A stretch of DNA of 64,000 nucleotides, taken from Antedon mediterranea (lineage: Eukaryota; Animalia; Echinodermata). Position numbers and translations under genes: made by a program. Location: contig NC_092673.1 of the NCBI RefSeq assembly GCF_964355755.1, positions 22,007,648-22,071,647 of the forward strand. Reading direction: 5' to 3'. The stretch's first letter is position 1, and each line of letters starts with the position of its first letter. Below, piece after piece: positions 1 to 11,271 of this stretch. Under the pieces are notes generated by a model that was not told the origin of the DNA, ran no database searches, and saw nothing but the letters and a program-made list of their open reading frames with translations.

Positions 1-61
1 TACACTAAAAGGGTATAATTTTATTTTTAGGAAGATATGCATGATAAATGATAGCTGTATC

Positions 62-176
62 TAATTCCACGTTGGGAAAGAGAACCGTGACGATGAGTCA
101 ATACACCGACATCTCTATTAATTCCACGTTGGGAAAGAGAACCGTGACGATGAGTCAATACACCGACATCTCTATC
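62..176. repeat. 57-bp tandem duplication (2 copies) in DDR intron
   Basis: TAATTCCACGTTGGGAAAGAGAACCGTGACGATGAGTCAATACACCGACATCTCTAT occurs at 62 and again at 119. Confidence 0.95.
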
Positions 177-386
177 AATATTTTGCTCACATTTTAATTG
201 CATTTGAAAATTGCCTTTGTTGACTTTTCCCGATAGAACAGTCAAAAAGTTCTTTGCTTCCCTGCGTGATGATAAAACCATTAATATGTGTAACAATAGA
301 CGATTTTGATATGACTCGTAACAAGCCTCAGGGTTTGCGTCGATTAAATATTCATCAGAAAATACAAACCGAAATTGAACACTCAC

Positions 387-899
387 CTGACAAAAATGAT
401 ACCTCGTCAAGAAGCAGCCATCTGTTGCCATGGAAGAATGTACACTTAAGAAACCGTCCAATCCTGTGCTGTAATTTTACGGTGATCCACCGGGTATCCA
501 AATGCTCAAAATCAACCGGGATATTCTCCACTATATCGCGTGTGTAGTAATAACCTTCGTCGACTCCAAAATGGATTCGTATGTGGCTGGGGATACTTAC
601 TCCCTCTGAGAAAAAGTTGTTGAAATGAAATTGCACTTCTGAGAAATTTCTGATCGTTTCAAACTGGAATATTACTATTGGGTTCGGGTTTGTGCTGTTT
701 TCCCAGCCGACCCATTCAAAGGCAGCAGGGAAGTTAGAGGGGCTGAGTCTGAAGTCATTGGCACCGGTCATACTGTCAATCAACAGGCCAAGTCCATTAC
801 GCAGATACCCATTGGTTTTCGTACCATCGTAAGATTTATCTTCTAGGTTGTATTCACCATGATGATCACCTTGATTCATATCATATGATATCAATTTAT
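387..899 (-). CDS. DDR: Discoidin domain receptor, DS-like domain exon (513 nt, phase 1/1); gene continues left of window
   Basis: Translation (D)KLISYDMNQG...LEDKSYDG...GLGLLID...EWVGW...IFQFETIRNFSEVQFHFNN...RFLKCTFFHGNRWLLLDEVSF matches the DDR DS-like domain. Minus-strand acceptor ttttatttacag ends at 900 and donor gtgagt is at 386-381. Confidence 0.9.
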
Positions 900-1027
900 C
901 TGTAAATAAAAATAATATTCATTTCCATTACTCCTTTAAATAAACACTTATTGTCACAAAAAGTTTGATAGTGTAGACAGAGCTTTAGTTCGCTCCTTGA
1001 TCGAGTCCAGATATAATAAGCATCAAT

Positions 1028-1670
1028 GACCCCATTTACACTTACGATTTAGGCCGGCCCTGGGTCGGCAATTGATAAGTGTAAATATTCCAAAAAGTTA
1101 GGCCGGCCCTGGGCCGGACGCAGATCTGGGCCACCTCTCCAGGTAGGTTCAGGAGCGGCTTTTACGTTTGGGCTGGCTTACGCAGTGAACTGTGAACAAC
1201 GTTTGACCTTTTTATGAGGTTGTTGTTATGACGATCCGACATTTTCAGTACATACCTTCCTCCTTTTCGGGCGACAATTTGTTTTCTTCATCATTTATAT
1301 AGTTAAATTTATTTTCAGACATCTTCTTTCAATAAAGTATTCCTCCGCTTGTTTCGCATATACATAGAATACAGCCATATTATATATAAAACAGTGGAGT
1401 TCATTTTGTTTTTAATGGGACAAAAAAACAACAATACAGGATAAATATATAAACGGTCGGTTCGCGCGGAGAGTTGAATTGACGATCGAGAGAGAAAAAT
1501 GTAAACAAACTGTACTTCGTATTCCAGCATGCAATGGTACTTCCGATAAAATTATTTACGACCAGTAATCTGCGTCGCTAGTGTAAACGCTCTGGGGCCG
1601 GCCTAAAAGGTAAATATTTGCAACCGGCCCAGGACCGGCCCTGGACCCAAACGTAAGTGTAAATGGGGTC
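1028..1670. mobile_element. MITE, PIF/Harbinger-like (643 bp)
   Basis: 19-bp TIR GACCCCATTTACACTTACG / CGTAAGTGTAAATGGGGTC with 3-bp TSD AAT (1025-1027, 1671-1673) and repeated subterminal GGCCGGCC motifs. Superfamily inferred from the 3-bp TSD and TIR style. Confidence 0.85.
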
Positions 1671-1902
1671 AATGATTTGCATGCAATTGGTCATGGTTCA
1701 CTGCATGAGCTGGCCCAAACTCAAAAGCCTCTTCTGAATCTACGTGTTGAGGTGGCTCAGATTTATTCAATTTATATTATTATTATTTGTTTAGTAACAA
1801 TTTTAATTTATCAAATGTTTAATTTTTAACATTTTTAAGTTTAAATTATTAGTAAAATTAAATAGAAATAATTACAACAATTTAAAACCTAATTAGACTT
1901 AC

Positions 1903-2050
1903 CTTCAAATGAGCACCCATAAAACTCAACCCTCATGCATACTTGTCTTTCAATCTCTGCGACAGGCACAACTCGAAGTTGGGAGGTCAAAATCGGTGGA
2001 GAAAAATGACTTGCTTTAGCTTGGTAGCCATTGTTATTGGCCATATACAC
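1903..2050 (-). CDS. DDR: DDR discoidin domain, C-terminal exon (148 nt, phase 0/1)
   Basis: VYMANNNGYQAKASHFSPPILTSQLRVVPVAEIERQVCMRVEFYGCSFE contains the discoidin CMRVExYGC signature. Acceptor tttcctag, donor gtaagt, in frame with both neighbours. Confidence 0.93.
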
Positions 2051-2149
2051 CTAGGAAAGAAATACAAGTAAATGTATTGTGCTAAATTGAAACTACGCAT
2101 AGGACGATCCAAGTGGGGATTTCAGAAAATGAAAATATACAAAATATGA

Positions 2150-2427
2150 GGCACATGTAAGCGCATGTGGTGCAGTGGGTTGGACTACTGATCAGGAGAT
2201 TGTAAGTTTGAATCCAAAGTTTGTCGCATTGCTTGTATCCTTTAGGCAATTTACTAATGTTTGCCTCTATCCACACAGGTGTACAAATGGTTACCTAGTT
2301 CAAAGGTCAAATCACAACTTTGCACTGATTACTATGTGCATATGGGAGTATGTTTCCATACGTGAAGTGCTTAGAGGCTTTGTGCATTTATAAGCGCTAT
2401 ATAAGATCGACATGTTATTATTATTAC
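2150..2427 (+). mobile_element. Degenerate tRNA-derived SINE with LINE2-like 3' tail
   Basis: A-box-like GTGGTGCAGTGG, B-box-like GTTTGAATCC, central CCACACAGGTGTACAAATGGTTACC, and tail AAGCGCTATATAAGA...TTATTATTATTA. Confidence 0.6.
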
Positions 2428-2663
2428 ATTGTGCGAAAACTAGTGCTGTTCCACAGTACCCCGTAAAATAGTCCCAATTAGACTTGTAGCATACCATAAG
2501 ATTCACTTCAGAAGGAATGGTTTTGACTAACAAAGATTTTACTCATCTTTCCCATTAATGAAATCAAACACTTATGTTTTGGCCCAGATTTAGAAATTGG
2601 AGAATACAACATAATTTAGGGGTTTTTTCCCACTTAAGTTTATATTCAGTAAGTTCTTGGTAA

Positions 2664-2813
2664 AGCCATGGTTCATATTATAATGCAACGCAAGGACGTA
2701 GACGCACCGCTAGTGAGTTGGCCAATCACACACAACTGTCAAATAATCCATCGCTTGTGATTGGTCAAATCACCTTACATTGTCTTATGTCCTTGTGTAT
2801 TGGGAACCAAGCT
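2664..2813. mobile_element. Small degenerate palindromic MITE
   Basis: Imperfect ends AGCCATGGTTC / GAACCAAGCT flanked by TAA/TTA, with an internal inverted pair CCAATCACA / TGTGATTGG. Confidence 0.55.
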
Positions 2814-3745
2814 TTAGGAAGTTGTCATACTGCCTTTTATTCAGAGTGAGAATATGCATGAGGAATCCTCTGACCCTGATTGCAGACTTAAATCTGTGTC
2901 AGATTCCTCATGTAAATTTTCATTAGAATTAATTCTTATTAGGAACTTAAGTGCAGTAGGCGGTAATTCTAAGAGTACTGTCTAGTTCAATCTGACCTGG
3001 ATCCAAATTAATTAATTTGTTCCATTTTAACAAATGGATGTTTCATTGTTTTATGATTTTTTATTGGATATACCATGGAGAACTAAGTTAGCTAACTTAT
3101 TTCTCCATGGATATACCTAGTGGTTTTAACACTACCATTTTTTATGAAAGATATTAAACTATTTTCTCAATAATTCCAATTACAGTATGAAGGTGATTAA
3201 ACTTCTGTTTTCTAATGTAAACAAAGGTAAATGTATAAAAGTCTAATTGTAACCAAATTATTCTAAACAGAAATTTAAACTATGATTCTATATTTCAATG
3301 ATGCAGTTTTGTGTATGTAAGGGTAGTTGTTTGATTAACATGTAAAGTACACCCAGCGAACAAGACTTATCTGCTTGCTTTTAGAAATATACAATCTAGG
3401 CTTTTGATATTGTCAAGAGATGCTTAAACGAATGAGAACACCTGTGAGTTATTATTAGTCCTTCTGTGTACCTTAAATTGCAGGTATAAATGGATGCAAT
3501 GGATTTTGTCTAGATTTAAATTTATTAATTTGAATATGAATTTCCTCTCAAATTGTGATAACCATTATTATTCAATGAGTTGTGCTATGAATGTGTGAAA
3601 ATTATGTTTTTGCAAAAATATATTTGATTAAAAATAAAATTGAAATTCGGGACCATCCTGCTCGATGCAAGATGGTCGATAATTATGTACTTTACATGCA
3701 CAGTTGACCATGTCTATATTCTACATAACATACCTATCTTCTTAC

Positions 3746-3980
3746 CTTTTTATTAAAGTAACCAACATACTGGCGCCAGTCCTCCGTTTCATTATTCCTT
3801 CTATATTCCACACGGAAGTATCGTGCATACTGGTTTCCTTCACCATTATGCCAACGACCTTGTGTTCCAATTCCAGTTATCACTTTTAACTCTCGGAAGT
3901 CGACCTGCATGTATTCATAACTATGGATATTGACGAGTCCATCAATGCACCAGGCGCCCTCACCTTCATCTAGATTTAAC
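3746..3980 (-). CDS. DDR: DDR discoidin domain, middle exon (235 nt, phase 2/0)
   Basis: (R)LNLDEGEGAWCIDGLVNIHSYEYMQVDFRELKVITGIGTQGRWHNGEGNQYARYFRVEYRR...WRQY contains the GAWC and TQGR discoidin motifs. Acceptor tttttgtag, donor gtaaga. Not in the ORF track. Confidence 0.93.
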
Positions 3981-5406
3981 CTACAAAAAAATTACACTTA
4001 AAAGGTAATTAATACTTTCTGTATAACTACCTTATACATTAGTTATACATTCTTGGATTGCAACACATTCAACCAACATTTTTGCCTCTTAATAATTTTC
4101 AAAAAAACATTAATTACAGCTATTTAAATACTGATGATCATTCTGTGCCACACCCCGATGGAGCGAGTTTTGGTCATGAGGTTTAGGAGATAGAGTACCA
4201 AAAAAAGTGAAAACAATTTCTAGAAAAAGCATATTTTAATAAACTTCTGTCCCATATAGTTATCATAAAATGGTTTAATAGACAGATTTATTACCGACGC
4301 CACCTTTGACAAATAATAAATAATTTTATTACCTTCTTTACACAATAGTACATTGCAAATTAGTAGTTTGTGAAAGCTATTAAACTATACACATTTCCTT
4401 GGACCCAGAGTTCATTCTGATGAGTTATTGATGGCATTTTATCATTTCTTTATTATTTTCTATTTTATTATCGTAATAACCCAAAAGAAGGTTAGAACAC
4501 GCTGGCAGAGTAATTAAAAAGCGACCTTTTAATTTGTAATCGCAAACAGCATTGCATTCACCATGCACGATATAGATTCCAAATATATAGATGTATGTGT
4601 ACAGAAACAAGGCATCAAATCAGAATCATACAGAACAGTTCTTTTATTTTTGAAGAAAATTCAATGTTATAAACATTATTATTATTGATCCGTAATTAGA
4701 ACTTTTATAGGGAGGTTATTTTTTACACAAAAGATGCAAAAAACAATATTGGCGATCACTCCCACGATGGCTGTTTTGTAATTTGCAAAGGAAGCAGGGT
4801 TCGTTCACTACATGCATGGATTCAACTACATTCGCGGTTCCCACTCTTACAATGATCCTTATTTTTTGGTAGTATCTATTTCAATATTCCTATTTTACTG
4901 AATTGATGGCCCTAAGAACATGTAGGTAGAGTTATGTACTGTACGTGGCCTAGACTTCACATGTTTGTTACTGAACTAGGCCACGGATTAGCTTTAGACA
5001 GCTGTTATGCCTTGCATTCAGAATACATACAGTAACTATATATAAACAAACGCTACTTCTTGCTGCATCAGTGATTGTGACGCCAACGAACAGACATGAA
5101 CGCGACAACAGTTGAGGCACTAAGTATTAAGTATTAGTCATTGTGTTTGAACACCTAAGGTAATGATTCACGAATTCAAACTCTAAATAAAATTGTTATG
5201 GGGTAATATCTCATTGAAATCACATGATTAATTTTAAACATTAATGTTTTAACTATTAGGTAGTTTTTGTTTATAACTTTTATTATACTAAATGAAGCGA
5301 ATCAGTCATTTTTTTAGCTATAGATTAATTTCAAGTTCGCAAAAGCATGACGATTTCACATGTTCCTGATAAATTACACCCTTTTTTCAGATTTCATGCA
5401 ACCTAC

Positions 5407-5509
5407 CTTCCATACTGTGGTCCGTGACCAGGACTATGACTGCTACTGGCGCTTAACTGATCATCTGTTATGTCCTTGGTGATCATTCCAAGCGGAGAAC
5501 GACACGCAT
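5407..5509 (-). CDS. DDR: DDR discoidin domain, first exon (103 nt, phase 1/2)
   Basis: (N)ACRSPLGMITKDITDDQLSASSSHSPGHGPQYGR resembles DDR CRYPLGM...ITASS...YGR. Acceptor poly-T-cag, donor gtaggt. Confidence 0.93.
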
Positions 5510-5663
5510 CTGAAAAAAAAAAAGGAATTACATGAAATTTATAAATTTATTGTTTTCTTTTCCTGTAGGTAATACCAAGTGATTGTTCACCAATGTGGAC
5601 ACTGTAATGGGACGTATTGCAAACATTGGATCCAGACTGGATGTTGGCAAGGAGTACGATACA

Positions 5664-6155
5664 TATACTATACTATACAGTATATACTATACTATACAGT
5701 ATATACTATACAGTATATACTATACTATACAGTATATACTATACTATACAGCTGTACTATACTATACAGTATATACTATACTATACAGTATATACTATAC
5801 AGTATATACTATACTATACAGTATATACTATACTATACAGTATATACTATACTATACTATACAGTATATACTATACTATACAGTATATACTATACTATAC
5901 AGTATATACTATACTATACAGTATATACTATACTATACAGTATATACTATACTATACAGTATATACTATACAGTATATACTATACTATACTATACAGTAT
6001 ATACTATACTATACAGTATATACTATACTATACAGTATATACTATACTATACAGTATATACTATACTATACTATACAGTATATACTATACTATACAGTAT
6101 ATACTATACTATACAGTATTTACTATATACTATACAGTATATACTATACTATACA
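5664..6155. repeat. Compound minisatellite (TATAC)n-AG-TA with 14/19/24-bp units
   Basis: About 490 bp of TATACTATACTATACAGTA variants; explains the three overlapping Y/T/I-rich ORFs. Confidence 0.97.
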
Positions 6156-8809
6156 CTAATTGCATGAGATGAAATGATATACTCTAGTTCTTTTCTAAAA
6201 ATAATATTCTATACTTAACAATTTCAATTTTTGTATAAGACTGTAAAACTAAATTATTTGATAGCACATCATTTTTTATTGGACAATAGAAGGTTAATTT
6301 ACATCTTGCTATTAAATAAAAAATAACAAAGACGTACATAAACAAATTAATTTTTGTCATCATCCATCCAGGGTCATTATTAACAAAAAGGTATTCAAAT
6401 TAATAAGAAAGATGATTGAAAGTCTGATGTCAAGCCAAGGCCACTTTAATAGTAGTAATAATTAAAACATAATATGGGTGTGCCTCACTAATGGATTGTA
6501 ATAAGCGCATATTTATAATCTTAAAATCATCCTAGATATTTTCAATTTCTCAGTATAATTTCCCAAATGATTTTCTCAAGCATTCCAACAATTGTTCAAT
6601 TTGTTTTAATATTTATTAATTTAATATTTTTTTTGAATATTACAATCATTCATTTCTAAATGTATTCTTCTGTGTCCATTTCCATGTAAATTATGTTAAA
6701 ACAAGTACAGGTAAAATACACATTTTAGTTTAACATCATTCGGCCTCTCATCAAATGTTGGATGTTCACACATGGATTTTTAACAATTATAGATGTTCGT
6801 AATTAAGTTAAAAAATGAAATAATTGTCCATCCATTATTCTGATCTTATTGTAAGCATATTAACCAGACATGCCAACACCTGAAGTTGAACAAATGGGAG
6901 GTGGTCAGTTTTGGCCTCTCAAAGCAGATTAATATCTGGATCATTGAGCGCATTTCAAGACAAGCGGTGGTTATATGAAGGGAATCCCCTCACGCTGAAA
7001 ATAAAAAATTAATTTTTAATAAATTATCACTGAAGATAGTGATACAATGGTTTAAATAATTATAGTATTTTATTGCAGAAAAAACACATTTATATTAGAA
7101 TTCAGTTATCTTTGTAACTCTTTGAAAAAATGTGAAAAACTGGGAGTTACCTGTAGGTTGGGAGAAAGTAAAAAAAATATTGGTGTCTGACAACCAAATC
7201 ACAAATAATTAATTACCTTATATCTTGGGTACCAGCAATTGTGTTTAATCACAGTTGAATTTATATAAATGTATTGAGTAGGCCTTCAATATTAAGCAGT
7301 TCTATTTAATGCTATTTTTCTACAAAATGGTAGGCAAACTTCCCCAGACTATTTTTTTTTGTGTGTGAAAGATTTACGTCTCCTGTGTAATTAAGGCTAA
7401 TTTCTTCTTGACTGTATTCAACACAGTTTACAATGCTCAACACGAACTACATTAAATTGAACCAGACTAAAATCCATTCTATTACATTAATATAAAGAAG
7501 CAAATTACTGGTTTAGCCTAGAGGAAAATGTTTCTACGCAAGATCAATACAGTTATTTTTGTAAAATATTTAAGCATGATGTGTGAAGTTATTGTAAACA
7601 TTTTACAATATGTACATAATTATTAATAGAATATGTAATGTTTCTTTGCAACAGATTAAAGATACAGGGGCAAGAAATTCATATTTCAAGTTTAACCAAT
7701 GTTAATTGTTTGTTTGCATCATTGCTTTTCACTGATTTTTAAAGTCATACCTCATGATTTATTTTACCATATTAATGGATTGAATTATTAACCCTTTTTC
7801 TGTTGCCGATCTACAATTAACAAAAACGGCACATTTCTCTAAAACTTGATTCATTACCCAAAATGGGATTTGCACTGTTTGTCAAACCATTAAGTAGTTG
7901 GCAAGAGGTCCTGGTAATGCTAAAACTTTTATATTTTTTTCACAGCTACATGCAATGTGCGGTGTTTTTAAGCGTTATTTTCAGAATGGCCAATTATTAT
8001 TGGTTTCAAAATTGTTCCTCTTTCTTCTGCAGAGAATACGGAGACAAAATATTTACACATTCTCTTAACCGGACTTTTGTTGATGCCCTGATCCAACAAT
8101 GAAAAGTCAAGATTCCACTTTATAATATAAATTTGATCATTCATCAAGAATGGCATAAATATTTCCAAAGTAAAGCAATCAAATATGAAAAGTGTATGCA
8201 ATTTATGCAAATCAACAAATTAATAAACAATGTATTTTTGTATGAGATAACAAATATTCATGGTTGGTGCTGAGGTATTGTTGCACAATAGGTTTTGTAG
8301 TTAATGTGAAGATTTTTATCATTCCTTATCGATCCTAATGAGCTGGGACTAAACTTATAAAGCAGTTAATCTTCTTAATTTCAATTTTCCAATTGCAAGA
8401 AACATCACATGTTAATCCTACTAATGTGAAGATGATGAACAAAAGAGCGTTCCTGTCTTGCCGAAGGCTAACTAACTGTTTTGGAATCATCTACTTGGTC
8501 ATTATTAAAGGTCCTTAAAAGGCTCATTTATCAACGGATGTTGTTGGAAGTTTGAAATCGCTGGAAGGGATTTATAAATGATCTTTTAATATTGTAGTGA
8601 ATACAAGGGAAGGCAGTCATTAATTTCATAAAGAAAATGTTGAGAATAACATTTGTTGTTATTGGACTGTTGTTGAAGAACACTAGTTGTACAATACCTA
8701 AAAGCTTACTTCTTTTGGAATAAGTTGGAGTGGGTGAGGGTAATGGTAGGGTATAAGTAATTTTGTATTAATTTTTTTTATTATTTTATTCAATCGAAAC
8801 CAACAGCAA

Positions 8810-9128
8810 TAATTGCTAATTGCCACTAACAGGTTTGATACAATTAAAGCACCTTGATTGGTCCTAACATTGATCAAGGGCTTCTCTCGTCCAGTGCCCA
8901 CCGTGACCAGAGAAGAGGCATAAGCCAATATGTCTGAGGCAGATACTAGATGCAGGGGCTGCCATAAGAGTCAGCAGTGCTGATTTCAAATGCCTAACAG
9001 GACCCCAGCCTCATATACAGCACCCAATATTCCCAGATGGTCTCCTATCCAAGCTCTAACAAGGCCCAATGTTGCTTAATTTATGTGATCTGACGAGAAC
9101 TGGTGTATCAACGGGGTAAAGCCGTATA
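8810..9128 (-). mobile_element. 5S rRNA-derived SINE (SINE3-like) or 5S pseudogene with attached body
   Basis: Minus strand 9128-9014 reads TACGGCTTTACCCCGTTGATACACCAGTTCTCGTCAGATCAC...TTAAGCAACATTGGGCC...CTTGGATAGGAGACCATCTGGGAATATTGGGTGCTGTA, colinear with 5S rRNA but with many substitutions. It is followed by ~200 bp of GC-richer sequence rather than a T-run terminator. The 3' boundary is approximate. Confidence 0.75.
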
Positions 9129-10839
9129 TAATATTGTTGATTGGTGGTATTCAAATAAATGTTCATTTACTTTTTCTAATTATGCATTACTTTATTATTT
9201 TAATATTTTTATTTGCAATTTTAAAAAGGTTAATAAATCAGGCATATTCCATTTGATTTTTTTTTGTATTGTGTCAAAAACTTCCATATATATTACTGAA
9301 CTCAATAAAATTTAATTAATATTAATCGCAATTAAAAAAAGTTACATTTGGTTAAATGAATAAATCAAATGTTTGTATTCTGTCAAAGATTTCCAAATAC
9401 ACTATGTATTTTTTCTAATTTTATTAAGTATTGACAACTCAATAAAAATTAACTTATTAACTTTTATATCAATTACGGTGATGGCTATATGTCACCAACA
9501 ATCACTTGTGATGTAAACCTCATCCCGTCGCGTCTACAGACAATTATCAGCTAATAATCAAACCTCAAACACCATTAATTGTATTTTGGATGCAACACCA
9601 TTAATCCAACATCAATCGCGGAATATTATTTACTCCTTTGTTGACGCAGCCTCTGTCGCCACGAGTGACCGTCATTCGTTGGTCATCTCTTTCTTCACGT
9701 CTGTAAGCCATAAAGTCGTGGCTATAGTTTTCAATTGCTAGTGCTATTGCTGATTCATCGCCCAACTGACTCTTTGTTTAGTGACGGTCATTAAAGATCG
9801 TCAACTAAGTGCTGACAGCATTATGCTAATTGCTTCCTAGCTCACATTTCTACAGAATATCATGGCAAAGTCGACGACATTAATGTTACCATAATGGCGT
9901 TCAAATTCTCTGGCAATTACCGCATCAATGACAGGTGAGGGCTCATATAATATGCGGCCAATATTGATAGGTAGAACGACAATACTACCTTTGTCCATGC
10001 ATTTAGTTGTAAAATTCTATCATCTACATACACAGCGGACAGAATTATGCAGGATTAATATTTAATTCAGAATAAGAATCAAAGCTGTTAGATACTAGTT
10101 AGACATGCAGATGTACTTGGGATCATCATTTCAGATCCCATGAGCCTACTTTATTCCACAACGTAAAGCATTTTCAAACATTAATGCTTCACATTAGCCC
10201 ACGTTAATTGAATTTTTTTCTAATTCAAAAAGCTTTTAATACGTTTTGATGTCTGATTTCACGATAGAAGTTTTTAATTGAAAAAATTCAAGATAAATGC
10301 CTTTGTTTCAAAGTATTTGACCTATGAATATTATACATTATATCTAGGCAACATTTCAACAGTACATGCCATATTTTTAGGTGAATTTAGTGGAAGTGAG
10401 CAAGTCCAGTATTTTTCTACCTAGTCTAAAGTTATACAGTGATTTTCAAAATTTCTGATTTGAACTTTAACCCTTTGTGAATATAACAGCAACTTTATCT
10501 TTTTTAGGTACTGTACATTCTTGCACAAAAAAAAAGTAGTTTACAGTACATTTAGTGAATAAAATTAATATGCTGGTGATACAGTATTACTGTGAATATC
10601 TTTCTAATATTCAATTTTTACAAAAAAGGTTATGAATATCAATTTTTGATCCAAAAGATCTGATTGCATCTCAATATCGATGAACAAGAACTTTTAATTT
10701 GGAACAAGCCTGCTCCTGGCAAGAATATCATTTATTGAGGAAAGCATTCATAGAGAAATATTAGCACAAGATGACCTATTTTTATTTATTAGGTTATGCA
10801 ATTGTATCAACTTAAAATAGAATGAAGAATTATACTTAC

Positions 10840-10936
10840 TAATATTAATACTAGCATTGACCCATGCAATAGCATAGCAAAGTATGGCACATGTCTGCAG
10901 AAAACCAAACATCTCTCCAGCCATCATTAAGGTCAT
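10840..10936 (-). CDS. DDR: DDR first coding exon, signal peptide (97 coding nt, phase 1)
   Basis: MTLMMAGEMFGFLQTCAILCYAIAWVNASINI has a hydrophobic core and a V-N-A cleavage-type motif. It ends at A|gtaagt (10839-10834), and phase 1 joins in frame to exon 5509 (AAT=N, then ACRSPLGM). The true start may be the 2nd or 3rd Met. Confidence 0.8.
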
Positions 10937-11271
10937 AGGTCATTCAGAACTGGAATTCTGTTCAATTGTTAACACCAACACATAGGCAAAACCTAGGAAG
11001 ATTTTCCACTATCCACAAAAGTTCATTCACTTGAACAATCCAAGGAATATTCTAGAGTTTAATAGAAAGTCACTAAATATCAAGCATGTTTTGAAGTCAT
11101 ATTGCCATTTTAAGATGTTCTTCAATTAAATGTGTCCCTGATAAAAAATGTTCCTTAAATAAAATGTCCCCAGGCATGTAAACGGATATACCCAGTGATT
11201 CTTCTTCAAATCGCACTTCGTAGCACTCCGCATACACTTCACGTTCTGGTGCACGAGTTTAATCGTATTTC
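10937..11271 (-). other. Putative 5' UTR part of the DDR signal-peptide exon
   Basis: Acceptor-like tgctttctttatacag|G at 11272/11271; no continuous frame into the CDS; several upstream ATGs. Confidence 0.5.

Noticed and set aside
27-547. ORFs 27..461 (-) and 254..547 (+)
   Set aside because: Off-frame or antisense shadows of the DDR exon, extended by the 57-bp duplication; no recognisable protein.
355-894. ORF-track boundaries as a stand-alone 179-aa gene
   Set aside because: It is an internal exon: splice sites define 899-387, the 'start' is a TTG, and the tail reads into intron.
5579-6172. Three overlapping 180-197-aa Y/T/I-rich ORFs
   Set aside because: Artefacts of a stop-free minisatellite.
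9014-9128. Functional 5S rRNA gene
   Set aside because: Many substitutions, altered ends, no T-run terminator, and not in an array; treated as a SINE head or pseudogene.
9560-10000. GC-richer intronic block as an extra DDR exon
   Set aside because: No convincing splice pair or ORF, and the flanking exons already join in frame. It could be a conserved non-coding element, but that cannot be shown from this sequence.
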